A stretch of 64,000 bases of DNA. Origin: the human T2T-CHM13v2.0 reference genome, Homo sapiens. Below the pieces are notes generated by a model that searched no databases, was not told the origin of the DNA, and saw nothing but the letters and a program-made list of their open reading frames with translations. The stretch is taken from the NCBI RefSeq assembly GCF_009914755.1, contig NC_060938.1; one strand, given 5' to 3'. Numbering within the stretch: position 1 is the first letter of the stretch; every line of letters starts with the position of its first letter. Made by a program: the position numbers and the translations under genes. Of this stretch, positions 57,501 to 64,000 are shown one piece after another.

Positions 57501-60500
57501 TTCTGTCTAGATTTGATATGAAGATATTCCCGTTTCCAACGAAATCTTCAAATCTATCCAAATGTCCACTTGCAGATTCAACAAAAAGTGTTTTTCAGAA
57601 CTGCTCTATCAAAAGAAAGATCCACCTCTGTTAGCTGAGTTCACACATCACAAACAAGTTTATGAGAATGCTTCTGTCTAGTTTTTATTTGAAGATATTT
57701 CCTTTCTCACCATAGAGCTGAAAGCTGTCCTAATGTTCACTTCCAGATACTACAGAAAGAGTGTTTCAAAACTGCTGTACGAAAGGGAATGTTCAACTCT
57801 GTGACTTGAATGCACACATCACAAAGAAGTTTCTGAGGATGCTGCTGTCTACTTTTTATACGTAATCCCGTTTCCAACGAAATCCTCCAAGCTATCCAAA
57901 TATCCACTTGCAGATTCCACAGAAAGACTGTTTCAAAACTGCTCTGTCAATAGAAAGGTTCAACTCTGTTAGCTGCATGCATATATCCCAAAGAAGATTC
58001 TGAGATTGCTTCTGTCTAGTTTTTATGGGAAGATATTTCCCTTTTCACCGTAGGCGTCAAGGCGCTCCAAATGTCCACTTCCAGATACTACAAAAAGAGT
58101 GTTTCAAACCTACTCTGTGAAAGGGAATATTCAACTCTGTGACTTGAATGCACATATCACAAGGAAGTTTCTGAGAATGCTTCTGTCGAGATTTTATATG
58201 AAGATATTCCCGTTTCCAACGAAATCCTGAAATCTATCCAAATATCCCCTTGCAGATTCTACAAAAAGAGTGTTTCAAAACTGCTCTGTAAAAAGAAAGG
58301 TTCAACTCTGTTAGTTGAGTACACACATCACAAACAAGTTTCACAGAATGCTTCTTTCTAGCTTGTAGGGGAAGATATTCCCTTTATCACCATGGGCCTC
58401 CAACCGTCCGATAAGTCCACTTCCATATACTACAAAAAGAGCGTTTCAAACCTGCTCTATGAAAGGCAATGTTCAACTCTGTGACTTGAATGCAGACATC
58501 ACAGAGCAGTTTCTGAGAATGCTTCTGTCTAGATTTTATAGGAAGATATTCCCGTTTCCAACGAAATCTTCACAGCTATCCAAATATCCACTTGCAGATT
58601 CTACAAAAAGAGTGTATCAAAACTGCTCTGTCAAAAGGAAGGTTCTTCTCTGTTAGGTGAGTGCATACGTCATAAAGGAGTTTCTGAGAATGTTTCTGTC
58701 TAGTGGTTATGGGAAGATATTTGCTTTTTCACCGTAGGCCTCAGAGCGCTCCAAATATCCACTTGCACATACTACAAAAAGAGTGCCTCAAAGCTGCTCT
58801 CTGAAACGGAATGTTCAACTCTATGAGTTGAATGCAAACATCGCAAAGACGTTTCTGAGAATGCTTCTGTCTAGATTTGATATGAAGATATTCCCGTTTC
58901 CAACGAAATCTTCAAATCTATCCAAATGTCCACTTGCAGATTCAACAAAAAGTGTTTTTCAGAACTGCTCTATCAAAAGAAAGATCCACCTCTGTTAGCT
59001 GAGTTCACACATCACAAACAAGTTTATGAGAATGCTTCTGTCTAGTTTTTATTTGAAGATATTTCCTTTCTCACCATAGAGCTGAAAGCTGTCCTAATGT
59101 TCACTTCCAGATACTACAGAAAGAGTGTTTCAAAACTGCTGTACGAAAGGGAATGTTCAACTATGTGACTTGAATGCACACATCACAAAGGAGTTTCTGA
59201 GGATGCTGCTGTCTACTTTTTATACGTAATCCCGTTTCCAACGAAATCCTCCAAGCTATCCAAATATCCACTTGCAGATTCCACAGAAAGACTGTTTCAA
59301 AACTGCTCTGTCAATAGAAAGGTTCAACTCTGTTAGCTGCGTGCATATATCCCAAAGAAGATTCTGAGATTGCTTCTGTCTAGTTTTTATGGGAAGATAT
59401 TTCCCTTTTCACCGTAGGCGTCAAGGCGCTCCAAATGTCCACTTCCAGATACTACAAAAAGAGTGTTTCAAACCTACTCTGTGAAAGGGAATATTCAACT
59501 CTGTGACTTGAATGCACATATCACAAAGAAGTTTCTGAGAATGCTTCTGTCGAGATTTTATATGAAGATATTCCCGTTTCCAACGAAATGCTGAAATCTA
59601 TCCAAATATCCCCTCGCAGATTCTACAAAAAGAGTGTTTCAAAACTGCTCTGTGAAAAGAAAGGTTCAACTCTGTTAGTTGAGTACACACATCACAAACA
59701 AGTTTCACAGAATGCTTCTTTCTAGCTTGTAGGGGAAGATATTCCCTTTATCACCATGGGCCTCCAACCGTCCGAAACATCCACTTCCATATACTACAAA
59801 AAGAGCGTTTCAAACCTGCTCTATGAAAGGCAATGTTCAACTCTGTGACTTGAATGCAGACATCACAGAGCAGTTTCTGAGAATGCTTCTGTCTAGATTT
59901 TATAGGAAGATATTCCCGTTTCCAACGAAATCTTCACAGCTATCCAAATATCCACTTGCAGATTCTACAAAAAGAGTGTATCAAAACTGCTCTGTCAAAA
60001 GGAAGGTTCTTCTCTGTTAGGTGAGTGCATACGTCATAAAGGAGTTTCTGAGAATGTTTCTGTCTAGTGGTTATGGGAAGATATTTGCTTTTTCACCGTA
60101 GGCCTCAGAGCGCTCCAAATATCCACTTGCACATACTACAAAAAGAGTGCTTCAAAGCTGCTCTCTGAAACGGAATGTTCAACTCTATGAGTTGAATGCA
60201 AACATCACAAAGACGTTTCTGAGAATGCTTCTGTCTAGATTTGATATGAAGATATTCCCGTTTCCAACGAAATCTTCAAATCTATCCAAATGTCCACTTG
60301 CAGATTCAACAAAAAGTGTTTTTCAGAACTGCTCTATCAAAAGAAAGATCCACCTCTGTTAGCTGAGTTCACACATCACAAACAAGTTTATGAGAATGCT
60401 TCTGTCTAGTTTTTATTTGAAGATATTTCCTTTCTCACCATAGAGCTGAAAGCTGTCCTAATGTTCACTTCCAGATACTACAGAAAGAGTGTTTCAAAAC

Positions 60501-62741
60501 TGCTGTACGAAAGGGAATGTTCAACTCTGTGACTTGAATGCACACATCACAAAGAAGTTTCTGAGGATGCTGCTGTCTACTTTTCATACGTAATCCCGTT
60601 TCCAACGAAATCCTCCAAGCTATCCAAATATCCACTTGCAGATTCCACAGAAAGACTGTTTCAAAACTGCTCTGTCAATAGAAAGGTTCAACTCTGTTAG
60701 CTGCGTGCATATATCCCAAAGAAGATTCTGAGATTGCTTCTGTCTAGTTTTTATGGGAAGATATTTCCCTTTTCACCGTAGGCGTCAAGGCGCTCCAAAT
60801 GTCCACTTCCAGATACTACAAAAAGAGTGTTTCAAACCTACTCTGTGAAAGGGAATATTCAACTCTGTGACTTGAATGCACATATCACAAAGAAGTTTCT
60901 GAGAATGCTTCTGTCGAGATTTTATATGAAGATATTCCCGTTTCCAACGAAATGCTGAAATCTATCCAAATATCCCCTCGCAGATTCTACAAAAAGAGTG
61001 TTTCAAAACTGCTCTGTGAAAAGAAAGGTTCAACTCTGTTAGTTGAGTACACACATCACAAACAAGTTTCACACAATGCTTCTTTCTAGGTTGTAGGGGA
61101 AGATATTCCCTTTATCACCATGGGCCTCAAACCGTCCGATAAGTCCACTTCCATATACTACAAAAAGAGCGTTTCAAACCTGCTCTATGAAAGGCAATGT
61201 TCAACTCTGTGACTTGAATGCAGACATCACAGAGCAGTTTCTGAGAATGCTTCTGTCTAGATTTTATAGGAAGATATTCCCGTTTCCAACGAAATCTTCA
61301 CAGCTATCCAAATATCCACTTGCAGATTCTACAAAAAGAGTGTATCAAAACTGCTCTGTCAAAAGGAAGGTTCTTTTCTGTTAGGTGAGTGCATACGTCA
61401 TAAAGGAGTTTCTGAGAATGTTTCTGTCTAGTGGTTATGGGAAGATATTTGCTTTTTCACCGTAGGCCTCAGAGCGCTCCAAATATCCACTTGCACATAC
61501 TACAAAAAGAGTGCCTCAAAGCTGCTCTCTGAAACGGAATGTTCAACTCTATGAGTTGAATGCAAACATCGCAAAGACGTTTCTGAGAATGCTTCTGTCT
61601 AGATTTGATATGAAGATATTCCCGTTTCCAACGAAATCTTCAAATCTATCCAAATGTCCACTTGCAGATTCAACAAAAAGTGTTTTTCAGAACTGCTCTA
61701 TCAAAAGAAAGATCCACCTCTGTTAGCTGAGTTCACACATCACAAACAAGTTTATGAGAATGCTTCTGTCTAGTTTTTATTTGAAGATATTTCCTTTCTC
61801 ACCATAGAGCTGAAAGCTGTCCTAATGTTCACTTCCAGATACTACAGAAAGAGTGTTTCAAAACTGCTGTACGAAAGGGAATGTTCAACTATGTGACTTG
61901 AATGCACACATCACAAAGGAGTTTCTGAGGATGCTGCTGTCTACTTTTTATACGTAATCCCGTTTCCAACGAAATCCTCCAAGCTATCCAAATATCCACT
62001 TGCAGATTCCACAGAAAGACTGTTTCAAAACTGCTCTGTCAATAGAAAGGTTCAACTCTGTTAGCTGCGTGCATATATCCCAAAGAAGATTCTGAGATTG
62101 CTTCTGTCTAGTTTTTATGGGAAGATATTTCCCTTTTCACCGTAGGCGTCAAGGCGCTCCAAATGTCCACTTCCAGATACTACAAAAAGAGTGTTTCAAA
62201 CCTACTCTGTGAAAGGGAATATTCAACTCTGTGACTTGAATGCACATATCACAAAGAAGTTTCTGAGAATGCTTCTGTCGAGATTTTATATGAAGATATT
62301 CCCGTTTCCAACGAAATGCTGAAATCTATCCAAATATCCCCTCGCAGATTCTACAAAAAGAGTGTTTCAAAACTGCTCTGTGAAAAGAAAGGTTCAACTC
62401 TGTTAGTTGAGTACACACATCACAAACAAGTTTCACAGAATGCTTCTTTCTAGCTTGTAGGGGAAGATATTCCCTTTATCACCATGGGCCTCCAACCGTC
62501 CGAAACATCCACTTCCATATACTACAAAAAGAGCGTTTCAAACCTGCTCTATGAAAGGCAATGTTCAACTCTGTGACTTGAATGCAGACATCACAGAGCA
62601 GTTTCTGAGAATGCTTCTGTCTAGATTTTATAGGAAGATATTCCCGTTTCCAACGAAATCTTCACAGCTATCCAAATATCCACTTGCAGATTCTACAAAA
62701 AGAGTGTATCAAAACTGCTCTGTCAAAAGGAAGGTTCTTCT
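54558..62741 (-). repeat. Three more degenerate copies of the two-HOR super-unit (U41-U46)
   Basis: GATAAG allele in U41, U43 and U45, with MLQ/MPQ alternation from 54691 to 61511; U43 and U45 are mosaic. Confidence 0.75.
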
Positions 62742-64000
62742 CTGTTAGGTGAGTGCATACGTCATAAAGGAGTTTCTGAGAATGTTTCTGTCTAGTGGTT
62801 ATGGGAAGATATTTGCTTTTTCACCGTAGGCCTCAGAGCGCTCCAAATATCCACTTGCACATACTACAAAAAGAGTGCTTCAAAGCTGCTCTCTGAAACG
62901 GAATGTTCAACTCTATGAGTTGAATGCAAACATCACAAAGACGTTTCTGAGAATGCTTCTGTCTAGATTTGATATGAAGATATTCCCGTTTCCAACGAAA
63001 TCTTCAAATCTATCCAAATGTCCACTTGCAGATTCAACAAAAAGTGTTTTTCAGAACTGCTCTATCAAAAGAAAGATCCACCTCTGTTAGCTGAGTTCAC
63101 ACATCACAAACAAGTTTATGAGAATGCTTCTGTCTAGTTTTTATTTGAAGATATTTCCTTTCTCACCATAGAGCTGAAAGCTGTCCTAATGTTCACTTCC
63201 AGATACTACAGAAAGAGTGTTTCAAAACTGCTGTACGAAAGGGAATGTTCAACTCTGTGACTTGAATGCACACATCACAAAGAAGTTTCTGAGGATGCTG
63301 CTGTCTACTTTTTATACGTAATCCCGTTTCCAACGAAATCCTCCAAGCTATCCAAATATCCACTTGCAGATTCCACAGAAAGACTGTTTCAAAACTGCTC
63401 TGTCAATAGAAAGGTTCAACTCTGTTAGCTGCGTGCATATATCCCAAAGAAGATTCTGAGATTGCTTCTGTCTAGTTTTTATGGGAAGATATTTCCCTTT
63501 TCACCGTAGGCGTCAAGGCGCTCCAAATGTCCACTTCCAGATACTACAAAAAGAGTGTTTCAAACCTACTCTGTGAAAGGGAATATTCAACTCTGTGACT
63601 TGAATGCACATATCACAAAGAAGTTTCTGAGAATGCTTCTGTCGAGATTTTATATGAAGATATTCCCGTTTCCAACGAAATGCTGAAATCTATCCAAATA
63701 TCCCCTCGCAGATTCTACGAAAAGAGTGTTTCAAAACTGCTCTGTGAAAAGAAAGGTTCAACTCTGTTAGTTGAGTACACACATCACAAACAAGTTTCAC
63801 AGAATGCTTCTTTCTAGCTTGTAGGGGAAGATATTCCCTTTATCACCATGGGCCTCCAACCGTCCGAAACATCCACTTCCATATACTACAAAAAGAGCGT
63901 TTCAAACCTGCTCTATGAAAGGCAATGTTCAACTCTGTGACTTGAATGCAGACATCACAGAGCAGTTTCTGAGAATGCTTCTGTCTAGATTTTATAGGAA

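Larger units (their letters stand above)
1..64000 (-). repeat. Centromeric alpha-satellite higher-order repeat array, 8-mer, 1364-bp period, about 46.9 copies
   Basis: CTGTTAGGTGAGTGCATACG recurs at 1, 1365, 2729 ... 62742. The ORF track repeats every 1364 bp (1363 across three 1-bp deletions). The ~171-bp monomers carry hallmark alphoid motifs (AGTTTCTGAGAATGCTTCTGTCTAG, GTTCAACTCTGTGACTTGAATGC) and CENP-B boxes. Confidence 0.99.
1..64000 (-). repeat. Probable identity: human chr14/chr22 active alphoid HOR (D14Z9/D22Z1, SF2, 'alphaXT' subfamily)
   Basis: Seen: 8-mer with dimeric A/B monomer alternation, XbaI sites at 221 and 1243, and a TaqI site at 901, giving a 680-bp XbaI-TaqI fragment. 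Recalled, not searched: the chr14/22 HOR is an SF2 8-mer of about 1.36 kb, originally defined by XbaI/TaqI fragments. Chr14 and chr22 cannot be distinguished by eye. Confidence 0.75.

Noticed and set aside
134-63090. Repeated 71-aa and 65-aa + strand ORFs
   Set aside because: They are translations of alphoid monomers that recur with the repeat period, with no gene structure or recognisable domain. The 71-aa ORF starts at GTG. Useful only as variant markers.
243-63700. Regularly spaced identical 17-bp motifs resembling a CRISPR array
   Set aside because: These are CENP-B boxes. The intervening DNA is itself repetitive rather than unique spacers, and there are no cas genes.
1-64000. Transposon insertion, inversion or monomer-deletion HOR variant
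   Set aside because: The period stays at 1364 bp throughout, with only three 1-bp deletions accounting for all drift (U47 starts at 62742 = 46x1364+1-3). There is no room for insertions or structural variants.
1-64000. A previously undescribed biological system, or information encoded in the A/B unit order
   Set aside because: Everything seen is explained by known alpha-satellite structure and tandem-array turnover (duplication and conversion). The sequence gives no evidence of a function for the order.

Overview
The whole window is one uninterrupted primate centromeric alpha-satellite array. It holds 46 complete copies plus one partial copy (62742-64000) of a 1364-bp, 8-monomer higher-order repeat (HOR; seven 171-bp spacings plus one of 167 bp). 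All copies have the same orientation, and the + strand is the reverse complement of the usual alphoid consensus. CENP-B-box monomers alternate strictly with pJalpha-box monomers. The best match from recall is the human suprachromosomal family 2 8-mer shared by chromosomes 14 and 22 (D14Z9/D22Z1); this is not database-verified. I found no genes, transposons, CRISPR array or new biological system, and all listed ORFs are artefacts of the repeat. The interesting signal is in the variants: two linked HOR haplotypes often alternate to form a hidden 2728-bp (16-monomer) super-repeat, and there are local 1-, 2- and 3-unit duplications, recombinant units and four disrupted CENP-B boxes. Units are numbered U1-U47 from position 1 (arbitrary phase). 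Variant calls were read by eye and may be incomplete.
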